Below are positions 29,380-39,337 of a DNA stretch of 64,000 bases, one piece after another. Each line of letters opens with the position of its first letter. Position 1 is the stretch's first letter. The stretch is from assembly GCA_001873215.1 (NCBI GenBank), contig MNYS01000009.1:3654-67653 (forward strand), in the 5' to 3' direction. The translations under genes were made by a program, and so were the position numbers. The DNA comes from Candidatus Levybacteria bacterium CG2_30_37_29 (lineage in GTDB: Bacteria; Patescibacteriota; Microgenomatia; Levybacterales; GWA1-39-11). Under the pieces are notes generated by a model, which did no database searches, had not been told where the DNA came from, and saw only the letters and a program-made list of their open reading frames with translations.

Positions 29380-31789
29380 AGCATTAAACACACAAAATCT
29401 TCTAAATACTTTTATTGTATTTTTGATTGCGACAATACTTTCAGCTCTCCTTGTAGGTGGGGTTGTCGGAATTGCTCTTGCGCTTGGGTTTTGGAGAAAA
29501 TACAAAGAGAGACACCAGAAATCACTTGATACTGCCCTTCTTGAAATAACTCTTCCCCGGGAAAACGAGATAAAAATTGACGCCGCAGAACAACTATTTT
29601 CAGGTTTTACCTCCATAAAAGGCGCAAAGGGTTTTTTATCTTTTTTGAAAGTTCCCGAAAGTATCTCTTTTGAAATAGTTGCCAATTCTAATGATATTAG
29701 ATTTTATGTTGGGGTTCCGCGCAGACTAAAAGACATGGTTGAAAAGCAAATTCACGGCGCGTATCCTGACGCGCAAGTTATAGAAATTGAAGATTATAAT
29801 ATTTTTGACACCGATGGAAAAGTCGCATTCGCAACTCTTAAACTTAAGAAAGCCTCATATGAGCCGATTAAAATCTATAAAGACCTTGCAGTTGATCCGC
29901 TCTCAACCGTAACAAGTACTCTTGGAAAAATGCAGGAGGGCGAGGCTGGTGCTATCCAAATCTTAATAACTCCGGCAAGCGACAATTGGAAAAAAACGGG
30001 ACGCTCCTATATTTCAAATACAAAAAAAAGGGAAGCAAATCCTGAAACCGCAAAATATTCTGTTGACCAAAAAGAACTTGAGGCAGTCGAGCAAAAAATT
30101 GCAAAACCCGGATTTAATACTCAAATTAGACTATTGGTCGTTTCTTCAACAAAAGAAGCCGCAGACGCGCATATTTCAAATATGGAAGGCGCGTTTACCC
30201 AATTTGCGTCATTTAATTCTTTTGAAAAAGCGAAAGCAAGATTTTTTAAAGGGATGGCAATGGTTGATTTTGTCTACCGCCAACTTCCGCTTATCCCAAT
30301 ATCACAAAATGTTTTGACGATTGAAGAACTTGCAACAATTTTCCATTTTCCAAATAAAAGTGTTGAAAATCCGCGCATCCGTTGGCTTGCGGCTCGTGTG
30401 GCCCCGGCACCAGCCACGATTCCGACAACCGGACTTTACCTCGGAAAAAGTATTTACCGCGGACAAATCCGCCCGATATACATAGCGGATGACGACAGAA
30501 GGCGCCACATGTATATTATTGGAAAAACTGGAGTTGGAAAATCCGAATTTTTAAAAGACATGATTTTGCAGGACATAAGAGAAGGTAAAGGCGTATGCTT
30601 TATTGACCCCCACGACACAATTGATATGATACTTCCGCTTATCCCACCGGAACGTGCTGAAGACGTAATTCTTTTTGACCCGTCTGACACCGAACGCCCG
30701 ATGGGAATTAACATGCTTGACGCTCAAACCGATGAACAAAAAGATTTGATTGTAACTTCAATTATCGGACTCATGTATAAGCTTTATGATCCTAATAAAA
30801 CAGGAATTATCGGTCCTCGCTTTGAACACGCAATCCGCAATGCAATGCTAACTGTCATGAGTGAGCCGGGCAATACTTTTGTTGAAGTCGTAAGGGTTCT
30901 TACAGACTCATCATTTGTCCAAGAACTTTTGCCAAAAATTGACGACCCGATTGTCAGACGGTACTGGACTGATCAAATCGCCCAAACTTCAGACTTCCAT
31001 AAATCGGAAGTTCTGGATTATATCGTTTCAAAATTCGGTAGATTTGTTACCAACCGCATGATGCGGGATATTATCGGCCAAAGCGTAAGCGCTTTTAATT
31101 TCCGCGAAGTAATGGACCAAGGAAAAATTCTTCTTATTTCTCTTGCGAAGGGAAAAATCGGAGAGGACAACTCGAGCTTTTTGGGACTTATTCTTGTTCC
31201 AAAAATTTTAGCCGCTGCAATGTCCAGAACCGATGTGCCACAAGAACAACGCCGCGATTTTTATTTATATGTTGACGAATTCCAAAATTTTGCAACTCCT
31301 GACTTTGGACAAATTCTATCAGAAGCGCGGAAATACCGACTTAACCTAATTGTTGCCAACCAATTTATCGGACAAATTGAAGAAGAAGTAAAAAATGCAA
31401 TTTTCGGAAATGCCGGAACAATTATTTCATTCCGCGTCGGAGTATCAGACGCAAATTATCTTCAGCACGAATTTCAGCCTACTTTTTCTGAAGCAGACCT
31501 TATAAATGTCGAGCGCTATCACGCTTATGTTAAAACTCTTATAAATGGTGAGCCCACAACTCCTTTTTCAATGGATCTGACTCGGGATCTAACAGAGGAG
31601 AAAAAACAGGAAAATCCCCGAGTTGCAGAACTTGTCCGAGAATTATCGCGCCTTAAGTTTGGCCGACCGCGGGATTTGGTTGAGGCAGAAATTGCAAAAC
31701 GATCACGCCTTTTTGAAGTATTGGGCGATTTAGGAGACGGTCCCGAACAGCTAAAAGGCCCAGACGGCGGATCAGGCGGATTGCTTTAG
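29369..31789 (+). CDS. VirD4/TraG-like coupling-protein ATPase (CPR type)
   Basis: N-terminal TM, RRRHMYIIGKTGVGKS (Walker A), FIDPHD, YVDEFQNF (Walker B), LSEARKYRL, NAIFGN. Confidence 0.85.
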   Translation: MPLEALNTQNLLNTFIVFLIATILSALLVGGVVGIALALGFWRKYKERHQKSLDTALLEITLPRENEIKIDAAEQLFSGFTSIKGAKGFLSFLKVPESISFEIVANSNDIRFYVGVPRRLKDMVEKQIHGAYPDAQVIEIEDYNIFDTDGKVAFATLKLKKASYEPIKIYKDLAVDPLSTVTSTLGKMQEGEAGAIQILITPASDNWKKTGRSYISNTKKREANPETAKYSVDQKELEAVEQKIAKPGFNTQIRLLVVSSTKEAADAHISNMEGAFTQFASFNSFEKAKARFFKGMAMVDFVYRQLPLIPISQNVLTIEELATIFHFPNKSVENPRIRWLAARVAPAPATIPTTGLYLGKSIYRGQIRPIYIADDDRRRHMYIIGKTGVGKSEFLKDMILQDIREGKGVCFIDPHDTIDMILPLIPPERAEDVILFDPSDTERPMGINMLDAQTDEQKDLIVTSIIGLMYKLYDPNKTGIIGPRFEHAIRNAMLTVMSEPGNTFVEVVRVLTDSSFVQELLPKIDDPIVRRYWTDQIAQTSDFHKSEVLDYIVSKFGRFVTNRMMRDIIGQSVSAFNFREVMDQGKILLISLAKGKIGEDNSSFLGLILVPKILAAAMSRTDVPQEQRRDFYLYVDEFQNFATPDFGQILSEARKYRLNLIVANQFIGQIEEEVKNAIFGNAGTIISFRVGVSDANYLQHEFQPTFSEADLINVERYHAYVKTLINGEPTTPFSMDLTRDLTEEKKQENPRVAELVRELSRLKFGRPRDLVEAEIAKRSRLFEVLGDLGDGPEQLKGPDGGSGGLL

Positions 31790-31811
31790 TTTTTGGTATA
31801 ATCCCAAACAA

Positions 31812-31883
31812 GGGCCTGTAGCTCAGCGGTAGAGCGCTACTCTTATAAAGTAGATGTCCTTGGTTCGATCCCAAGCAGGCCCA
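31812..31883 (+). tRNA. tRNA-Ile(UAU)
   Basis: GGGCCTG/CAGGCCC acceptor with A discriminator; anticodon arm CTACT-CTTATAA-AGTAG; TTCGATC T-loop; GGTATAAT promoter just upstream. Confidence 0.9.
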
Positions 31884-31923
31884 CCGAATTGAATTTCCCA
31901 TCGCTTTATGCTTCACTAGATTA

Positions 31924-33435
31924 ATGGAACCAAACCAACAACCCATTGAACCTCAAAACATAAAACTGCCTGGACCGATAAATCTATTCAAAGATTCTTT
32001 TTTAATATACAAACTAAGATTTAAAACAATTATTGGACTCAGTCTTATATATTACATTCAGCTTTTACTCGTAATGACAGTAATAATTATTGTTAGTATT
32101 CTAGGAATTGCTCTTGTATACGCGTTGAAGTTCTCTATCCCAATTCTCATCCTTGTTGGCATTTTAGCATTAACGCTAATTTTAGGTTATATATTTATTC
32201 AAAACTTGACCATTCTATCTTTAATAACAAGTATTGTTAATTATCGAGAAGGAATAGGAATTATCGAATCTTTCAAAAGAAGCTTCAAAAAAACAATTCC
32301 GTATATCTGGACAAGTGCACTTGTTTTTCTTGTTACATTTGGATTAATTCTAATTGTATTGCTACCTACTATGTTGATATTTATCTTTCTTTCTAAATTA
32401 GCATTATTGTCCCCCGGAGACATCATTGGTAAAGCCTTAATCACATTTATCAGCACTGTTCTCTTTATAGCCCTCGTTGGTATTTTGACAGTGTGGTTTT
32501 TTAACGCAGCCTATGTTTTAGCCTCAGAAGGAATTGGAGGCCTGAATGCACTTCTTAAAAGTCGCGAGTACGTGAGAGGGAGATTCTTTTCTGTTTTGTT
32601 AAGAATTGTTTTATTGTTAATAGTAATTACTTTTTTCGAAACAGGAATATCTATTCTCCCAAAACTAATATCATTACTGCATGTTCCATATTTAGATATT
32701 ATAATTACTGCCGCAATATCAATAGCACTTGCACCTTTGGGATTTATTTATAGTTTTATTATTTATGATAATTTAAAAGCATTTAAAGGCGACTTCGTTT
32801 TTCAACCCTCAAAAAAGGGCAAAATCCTACTTTTGTCTATTATATTTACCCCATTGATTTTTGCGTTTATACTTCTTTACTACATATTCCCAAGCCTTAT
32901 TTCCTCCTATAAAATGCCTAGATCAATAGGAAATTATCCCAAAATATCAATTTCTCCCACTCAAAACAAACCAATTACGCCAACTTATCAATCCGGCACG
33001 TTTTTGATTGAAGGACAGTCTATGTATCCTAATTATCAAAATGGGCAGTCTTTCACCATTAATACAACTACATATAACACTACTAATCCCTCTCGTGGAG
33101 AATTAATCATATTTTTTAGTCCGATTACTCGAAAGCCTATTCTAAAGAGAGTTATTGGAATACCTGGAGATAAAATATCCTTAATAAATAACTCTATCTC
33201 TCTTAATGGACAACAACTTAATGAGAGTCTGTATCTCCCTCCGGAAACCAAAACATATGTGGGAACTTTTTTAGAAAATAGTAAGGAAATAACCGTACCT
33301 CCTGATGCTTATTTCGTTTTGGGCGACAACCGAAGCTTTAGTTCAGACTCTCGAGAATGGGGTTATATTTTAAAAAATGATATAGTTGGAAAACTCGGAA
33401 ATTGCTATTCTAACTGCGGTTTGAACAAAAGATAA
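31924..33435 (+). CDS. Multi-TM protein fused to a C-terminal signal peptidase I (S26) domain
   Basis: About 7 TMs, then GQSMYPN (Ser), LKRVIGIPGD (Lys), GDNRSFSSDSREWG. Confidence 0.85.
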   Translation: MEPNQQPIEPQNIKLPGPINLFKDSFLIYKLRFKTIIGLSLIYYIQLLLVMTVIIIVSILGIALVYALKFSIPILILVGILALTLILGYIFIQNLTILSLITSIVNYREGIGIIESFKRSFKKTIPYIWTSALVFLVTFGLILIVLLPTMLIFIFLSKLALLSPGDIIGKALITFISTVLFIALVGILTVWFFNAAYVLASEGIGGLNALLKSREYVRGRFFSVLLRIVLLLIVITFFETGISILPKLISLLHVPYLDIIITAAISIALAPLGFIYSFIIYDNLKAFKGDFVFQPSKKGKILLLSIIFTPLIFAFILLYYIFPSLISSYKMPRSIGNYPKISISPTQNKPITPTYQSGTFLIEGQSMYPNYQNGQSFTINTTTYNTTNPSRGELIIFFSPITRKPILKRVIGIPGDKISLINNSISLNGQQLNESLYLPPETKTYVGTFLENSKEITVPPDAYFVLGDNRSFSSDSREWGYILKNDIVGKLGNCYSNCGLNKR

Positions 33436-33462
33436 GCTTCTATCTGGTACAATTAATAACCA

Positions 33463-35190
33463 ATGAAAAAAGTTTTTTTTCTCGCATGTATCACTGCATT
33501 ATTTTTTATTAGTTTAAAACTTATTTCTTTCCCTGTTTATTCAGACGAGCTTGACGATATTGGGAAAAAGCTTGGAGAGCTTCAAAGCGCCTTATCTTCC
33601 TCTCAAAAAGCAACCGCTCCTCTTCTTTCCCAACTTACAAACCTGAAAGCTCAATTGACCGGAATTGAAAATCGTGTCGTTTTCCTTGAAAACGATATTG
33701 CCGAGAAAAAAAAGATTATAGAAAAAGGGTATAAAGATTTGGAAAAACAAAAGGAAATTTTTAATAAAACCGTCAGAGACTACTATATTAAAAATTATGC
33801 TTTTTCTCCGCTTCTTATTTTTATTTCCGCGCAAGATGCATCAAGCGTAACTCGTCTTATTGCATACAAAAAAAAGGGTACCGATCAAGACAAAATCCTG
33901 ATAACAAATATTGCGTTAAAGCTTACGGACATTGAAGAGCGTAAAAAAAATCTGGAAAGCGAAGAAACCCGCCTATCAAGCGTGAAAGAAAAACTCGCTA
34001 GTGAAAAGCTTCAGGTTGAAAAAGTAGTTAAAGGAGCACAAGAATATCAAACAACACTGTCAAGTCAAATAGCACAATTATCAGCAAAACAGCAAGACCT
34101 AATTGCGCAAAAATTAGGAAGGCTTAATATCCCGCGCTCTGCTGGGTCAGGAGGAAGCTGCTCAAGCGATATAGAGCCTTTTAAAAGTCCCGGGTTTAGT
34201 CCTGCCTTTGGACTATTCACATATGGTGTTCCTAACAGGGTTGGTCTTAATCAATATGGCGCGTTTGGACGGTCAAAAGCTGGACAAGGCGTTGAGGATA
34301 TTTTACATGCATATTATGATAGTTATGAGTTAAAAAAAGATTATAGCCAAGAAATTACTATCAATGTTGAAGGAGGACCATCATTAAAGATTGATGATTA
34401 TCTAAAGCATTTAGGGGAAATGCCTGAATCATGGGGAAATGAAGGAGGATACGAAGCACTAAAAGCACAAGCTATCGCTGCCCGCTCTTATGCTCTTGCG
34501 TATACAAACAACGGCCAGGGCTCAATCTGCGGGACTGACCACTGCCAAGTTTTCCTGGCAAATGAAAAAGGGGGAAAATGGAATGAAGCAGTTGAAGCAA
34601 CAAAAGGATGGGTTATGGTTCAGGGAGGAAATCCTATTAAAGCATGGTTTTCTTCAACGCACGGAGGCTATGTTCATTCATCAGGAGATATCGGCTGGAG
34701 CGGAACTTCATGGACTAAGAACGGAACTGACTCCTCTTCTTCAATAGGCAGTTTTGACGATCTTAAAAACAATGCATACGACAAGGAATCTCCATGGTTT
34801 TATTGCGATTGGGGAGCGCGGGCAGAATACAATAAAACAGCTTGGCTAAAACCCGATGAAGTTGCAGACATTGCTAACGTAATTCTATTGGCGCGGAAAA
34901 ATTCTTCATCAAAATCTCATTTATACCAAACAGATGAAGCAAACCCTGAAGGAACAGATACTTGGGACGCTGGACGCGTAAAACAGGAGCTTGGAAGTGA
35001 TGCGTTTAATAACGTTTCTGATATTTCTGTTTCAACAGACTTTGGCTCCGGAAAAACTACTTCTGTCACAATAAACGGTGATGGTAAATCCCAAAATTTC
35101 CCTGCTTCAGAATTTAAAGACTGGTTTAATTTACGGGCACCAAAAAATATACAAATCGTCGGGCCTTTGTACAATGCTGAAAAACGCTAA
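33463..35190 (+). CDS. Coiled-coil plus SpoIID/LytB-domain peptidoglycan hydrolase
   Basis: Signal peptide, long coiled coil, VGLNQYGA, EALKAQAIAARSYA, ICGTDHCQV, FSSTHGG. Confidence 0.85.
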   Translation: MKKVFFLACITALFFISLKLISFPVYSDELDDIGKKLGELQSALSSSQKATAPLLSQLTNLKAQLTGIENRVVFLENDIAEKKKIIEKGYKDLEKQKEIFNKTVRDYYIKNYAFSPLLIFISAQDASSVTRLIAYKKKGTDQDKILITNIALKLTDIEERKKNLESEETRLSSVKEKLASEKLQVEKVVKGAQEYQTTLSSQIAQLSAKQQDLIAQKLGRLNIPRSAGSGGSCSSDIEPFKSPGFSPAFGLFTYGVPNRVGLNQYGAFGRSKAGQGVEDILHAYYDSYELKKDYSQEITINVEGGPSLKIDDYLKHLGEMPESWGNEGGYEALKAQAIAARSYALAYTNNGQGSICGTDHCQVFLANEKGGKWNEAVEATKGWVMVQGGNPIKAWFSSTHGGYVHSSGDIGWSGTSWTKNGTDSSSSIGSFDDLKNNAYDKESPWFYCDWGARAEYNKTAWLKPDEVADIANVILLARKNSSSKSHLYQTDEANPEGTDTWDAGRVKQELGSDAFNNVSDISVSTDFGSGKTTSVTINGDGKSQNFPASEFKDWFNLRAPKNIQIVGPLYNAEKR

Positions 35191-35248
35191 ATTCTCACTT
35201 AAGATTAGCAAAAAAATATAATTTAGGCTATAATTTTGCACAGACGCT

Positions 35249-35929
35249 GTGGACAAATCAAGCCAACCATTACAAGGAGAGTTCGTTTTGGGAAAACAAA
35301 AGCCCGAGAAAACTCTTGACATAAAAAACTCAAAAAAGGGAATTGACAGTACTGATCCTCCTTTTTCCCATTCGGGGGACGCGCGTAAGAATCCTCATTT
35401 TTATTCCTCGCTTTCCTATTTTCCACAAGGGATAACATTTGAAGATCAGGAAGCAAACGAGGAAATTATTCTCTTAATAAGGAGGGATTTTATAACAAAT
35501 ATTCCTTGGGTAGCAATGTCGTTTTCTCTTATAATTGCTCCTATTCTCTTCTCGTTCTTTTCGGACACCCTCTTTCCTTTTATTCAAATTTCTCCTACGA
35601 CACACTTCTTGCTCTTATTGTTTTACTATCTTTTAGTCGCAGGGTTTATTTTAGTCGAGTTTACTCTCTGGTATTTTAACATCTTACTTGTTACCAATAT
35701 GCGTGTTATTGATGTTGATATTGATGGGATACTATACAAGAATGTCGCCCAAACAAAACTTGACTTAATTCAGGATGTTAGCTACACTCAAATTGGGGCA
35801 ATTCGGTCGCTATTTAACTATGGAGACATTTTAGTTCAAACAGCAGGATCTCTGGGAAATTTTGAGTGCACCAAAGCTCCTGAACCGGCACGCGTGATAA
35901 AAATTATAGGAGATTTAATAGGAAAATAA
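35249..35929 (+). CDS. Bacterial PH-domain membrane protein
   Basis: Two TMs, then VTNMRVID...IQDVS...FNYGDILVQTAG. Confidence 0.8.
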   Translation: MDKSSQPLQGEFVLGKQKPEKTLDIKNSKKGIDSTDPPFSHSGDARKNPHFYSSLSYFPQGITFEDQEANEEIILLIRRDFITNIPWVAMSFSLIIAPILFSFFSDTLFPFIQISPTTHFLLLLFYYLLVAGFILVEFTLWYFNILLVTNMRVIDVDIDGILYKNVAQTKLDLIQDVSYTQIGAIRSLFNYGDILVQTAGSLGNFECTKAPEPARVIKIIGDLIGK

Positions 35930-35930
35930 T

Positions 35931-36173
35931 ATGCAATTTAATGATTTTTTCCAATCAATTATTACTTCCTCTCTTAACCAAGATTCTATTGTTAAAATCT
36001 TGCTTGTAATTTTTCTTTCTTTGTATATTCTTTTTGCAGTTATTCTTATGGTGCAAATTAGAAGGTTTAACGCAATAATTAACCAGGTAAGATTCTCTCC
36101 AATTTTTAAAGCGCTTGCAACAGGACATCTTATTGCAGCCGTTGTTCTTTTGATAGGCATTGCTATTAACTAA
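35931..36173 (+). CDS. Small 2-TM protein (DUF5657-like)
   Basis: LYILFAVILMVQIRRFN pattern with two TMs. Confidence 0.6.
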   Translation: MQFNDFFQSIITSSLNQDSIVKILLVIFLSLYILFAVILMVQIRRFNAIINQVRFSPIFKALATGHLIAAVVLLIGIAIN

Positions 36174-36175
36174 CT

Positions 36176-38023
36176 ATGAACAGTCAAAACATATTGATTG
36201 CAAAAATAATAACAAATGCAACTGACACTACATGGTCCCAAGCCTATAGCACAATAAATTTATACGTAACGCTTTCGCTTACGTCCTCTGAAAAACTTGA
36301 AGAGGCAATAGCATCATACGGTAAAGACATATTGGAAAGGCTCCAGAGGGAATTTTTTGCGCTTGACGATAAAAATCTTGAGACAGTAAAAAAAGCGGTT
36401 GAAACAGTCACCGAAGAAATTGGAAAAGAATACTCCTATTCTATAGTCCTTGCAACAACAAACGGTGAAACTCTTTATATTGTCGTCGGATCAGCAGGAA
36501 TGGTGGTTATAAAACGCGGGGAAAAACTCGGAACAATTGCAAAAGGAGAAGAAGGAACAGTAACTGCATTTTCCGGTCACCTACAAGACGGTGACATAAT
36601 TGTTCTTGAAACTTCTGATTTTGCAAAAAAAATTCCTTCGGACAAATTATCTCCTCATCTTGAAGGAGCAACCGTTTCTGAAATTTCAGAAAATATTGCG
36701 CCTCTTATCCATGAGGATCCTATTGGAAACGAGGCGGCGATAATTTTGCAATATAAAAAAGATGCTGAAGAAGTAGCTGACATACAGGAAGCACCTGGAG
36801 AAGAAAAAAAAGAAAAAGATCAAAAAGAAGACAAAAGCGATGAACCTTTCGAAGATGAAATCATCGCCCCCGAAGAAAAAGGTCCCGGAACTACAACTAG
36901 TCTTTTTTCTAAATTTAGATTACCTTCGGTAAATTTTGGAAAAAAACGTAAAATACTCATAATTATTGCAATTTTTGCTCTTGTTGCGGTTTTAGCAGTA
37001 AGTATTTTAATTGAAAAGGGAAGACAAGAGGAGAAAAAAAGAGAACAACAATTTACCCAACAAATAGTTCCTCTTGAAAAAAAACTGGAAGACGCAAACA
37101 CTCTTGCGGGACTTAATAAATCCCTTGCTCTTGATGCATATTCTGAAATTAAAAAAAACATCGAAGATATTCGCGACTCTTATCTAAAAGACACAACACA
37201 AAGAAAAAAAGTAGACGCTTTCTACTCTGAAGTATCAAAAAAAGTTGACGAGCTTTCTCAAGCCGCAAATTCCCAAAACGAAAAAGTATTTTTTGATCCG
37301 CAAAACGAAAGCGTTAAAAAGGTTGATATGGTAACCCGTAAAGGAGAGGCAATTGTTGCTGCAAACCGTGACGGCGGTATCGTTATTCTTTCAGGTGAGG
37401 GAAAAGTACAGAAAACAATAAAAAATGAGTTTAAAAACATCGGAAGTATTACAGCTGATAAAGAGACTGTTTATTTGCTCTCGGATTCAGGAGTTTTAAG
37501 CGCCAACAAGAAAAAAGCAACAACAGAAAAAATTATTCCGGATGTAAAAAATACTGCTGACGTAGCAGGAATTGATACTTTTCTTGGAAATGTCTATGTT
37601 TTAAATAAAAAAGACGCAACAATCGACAAATACACTTCAGGAAGCACAACTAAAAAAGCTTACTTTACAGATAAAATTACGCTGAATTCTCCTATAGGTA
37701 TTTCTATTGACAGTTCAATCTGGGTTGTTGAGGACGATGGAAAAATCCGAAAATTCACAAAAGGAAAAGAAGACGACTTTTCTCTTAAAGGTCTTATAAA
37801 ACCGCTTGGAACAGGAAACATTCTTTACACAGATATTGATTATGCAAATATTTACCTTCTTGACGGCAAAAACGGGCGTGTTGTTCAAATTGCAAAAAAT
37901 GGAGAAGTGAAAAATCAATTTGCTTCAAAAAATCTTATAAACGCTGTTTCTTTTGCGGTTGATGAGACAGGCAAAAAAATATATTTTGTAAAAGACTCAA
38001 AAATCTATTCCTTTGACCTCTAA
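36176..38023 (+). CDS. Bitopic protein: PP2C-like N-terminal domain, TM, coiled coil, beta-propeller
   Basis: GHLQDGDIIVL (PP2C-like), acidic linker, TM, NVYVL/SIWVV/IYLLD propeller repeats. Confidence 0.65.
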   Translation: MNSQNILIAKIITNATDTTWSQAYSTINLYVTLSLTSSEKLEEAIASYGKDILERLQREFFALDDKNLETVKKAVETVTEEIGKEYSYSIVLATTNGETLYIVVGSAGMVVIKRGEKLGTIAKGEEGTVTAFSGHLQDGDIIVLETSDFAKKIPSDKLSPHLEGATVSEISENIAPLIHEDPIGNEAAIILQYKKDAEEVADIQEAPGEEKKEKDQKEDKSDEPFEDEIIAPEEKGPGTTTSLFSKFRLPSVNFGKKRKILIIIAIFALVAVLAVSILIEKGRQEEKKREQQFTQQIVPLEKKLEDANTLAGLNKSLALDAYSEIKKNIEDIRDSYLKDTTQRKKVDAFYSEVSKKVDELSQAANSQNEKVFFDPQNESVKKVDMVTRKGEAIVAANRDGGIVILSGEGKVQKTIKNEFKNIGSITADKETVYLLSDSGVLSANKKKATTEKIIPDVKNTADVAGIDTFLGNVYVLNKKDATIDKYTSGSTTKKAYFTDKITLNSPIGISIDSSIWVVEDDGKIRKFTKGKEDDFSLKGLIKPLGTGNILYTDIDYANIYLLDGKNGRVVQIAKNGEVKNQFASKNLINAVSFAVDETGKKIYFVKDSKIYSFDL

Positions 38024-38053
38024 CATCTTCCTCAATACTGATATAATAGAGGC

Positions 38054-38491
38054 ATGAAAATAGGAAATAAAAGAATCTCACAATTTAAGTTGGAAGAAAA
38101 ACTTGAAGCTGGCATTGTATTGCTTGGTTCAGAGGTAAAAGCTGCGCGTCTTGGACACGCAGACATAACAGGAAGTTATGTAAAAATTATAGGCAACGAG
38201 GCATATCTTGTTGGTGCCAAAATTTTTCCGTACAAATTTTCGCGAATTGAAGGATATGACGAAAAACGGACAAGAAAACTTCTTCTTCACAAAAAAGAGC
38301 TTCTTGTTCTTAAATCACGCCTTGATCAGGGAAATTTTACACTTGTACCGACTGCGCTTTATCTTAAAAACGGGAATTTTAAGCTTGAAATAGCACTTGG
38401 TAAAGGAACAAAAGAACACGAGCGTCGGAAAAACGCAAAGCAAAAAGTCCTCAACCGCGTCGCCCAACGCGAACTAAAAAACGGGGAGTAG
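38054..38491 (+). CDS. smpB: SsrA-binding protein
   Basis: LEAGIVLLGSEVKA, RTRKLLLHKKE, LGKG. Confidence 0.96.
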   Translation: MKIGNKRISQFKLEEKLEAGIVLLGSEVKAARLGHADITGSYVKIIGNEAYLVGAKIFPYKFSRIEGYDEKRTRKLLLHKKELLVLKSRLDQGNFTLVPTALYLKNGNFKLEIALGKGTKEHERRKNAKQKVLNRVAQRELKNGE

Positions 38492-38500
38492 AGAAACGCG

Positions 38501-38845
38501 CTATTCCTGTGGAGACTTTAGCAAATAGGTAATTGCGTGAACTTGATGACCGTTTTCACGAAAACCAGCACCGGGCGTTATTATTGTTCCAGCTATTTCA
38601 AAACCTGCTGCAACTGCTCGTAAACCAAACTCTTGAATATTGTGTTTCCTTTCTTGTTGATTGAGTGGGTCAAATATAACTTCATAGGCTTCTACGTCTA
38701 CTTCGGCATCTTCTATTGTCTGACCTTCTTGAGGAGCAGGAAAACCTCCCCTGAAACTACTTCTCCACATATGTCTAAAATCTGCTCGTAAATCTGCGGG
38801 CGTTTTTTCAGTAAAGTTTTTGTCTTCTAGTTGTGGTGTTTCCAT
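38501..38845 (-). CDS. Hypothetical protein between smpB and the ssrA 3' end
   Basis: 114-aa ATG ORF with no recognised motif. Confidence 0.6.
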   Translation of the reverse strand: METPQLEDKNFTEKTPADLRADFRHMWRSSFRGGFPAPQEGQTIEDAEVDVEAYEVIFDPLNQQERKHNIQEFGLRAVAAGFEIAGTIITPGAGFRENGHQVHAITYLLKSPQE

Positions 38846-38898
38846 AATATCAATGAATAAACATGATTAGAGCAATAACAAACTAAAAAGTTTAATTG

Positions 38899-39267
38899 TG
38901 GAGATGGTGGGTATTGCTCCCACGTCCAGGACTGTTAATCAAAAACATCTACAAGCTTAGTTAATTTTTAATTGTCGTCTTGCTCTGATCCAATTAACAG
39001 GAAAGGCAATTCCAAGATTTTAATTTTCTAGCCTAGAATCAATCAGTCTCTAAACCCTATCTCAAACTGTGTTTATGCCCGTATCTAACCGTTTGAGAAA
39101 AGAATGATACGGACAGGTCTTAGTTGTAAGCGTACGCAGGTTGTGCGTAAGCAAAACTTTGACCGCTAAGAAAATTCTTAGCATTTGTTTTTGATACGCT
39201 TTTACGATTAGTATCATTATCGGCTTGCAGTTTTTAAAGAGCAATTCTGTCGATGCATTGCATCCCC
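38899..39267 (-). ncRNA. ssrA: tmRNA
   Basis: 5' GGGGATG pairs with 3' CATCTCC-A including a G3.U wobble; TCGAC near the 5' end; GGAC-GTGGG-AGCAATA-CCCAC T-arm; internal tag ORF 39182-39120 AKNFLSGQSFAYAQPAYAYN*; next to smpB. Confidence 0.92.
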
Positions 39268-39337
39268 GTAACAAGTATTATAAATTAAGTAGCTTCAAAA
39301 GTCAACTATTTAATATCTTATAGTACTATTGTGTCTT

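Noticed and set aside
31653-31946. 97-aa minus-strand ORF
   Set aside because: It is antisense to tRNA-Ile and the end of the VirD4-like gene.
38501-38845. Integrated island at the ssrA 3' end
   Set aside because: Only one small ORF is present, with no integrase and no duplicated ssrA 3' end.
39062-39274. 70-aa minus-strand ORF
   Set aside because: It lies within the tmRNA; the meaningful frame is the tag ORF.
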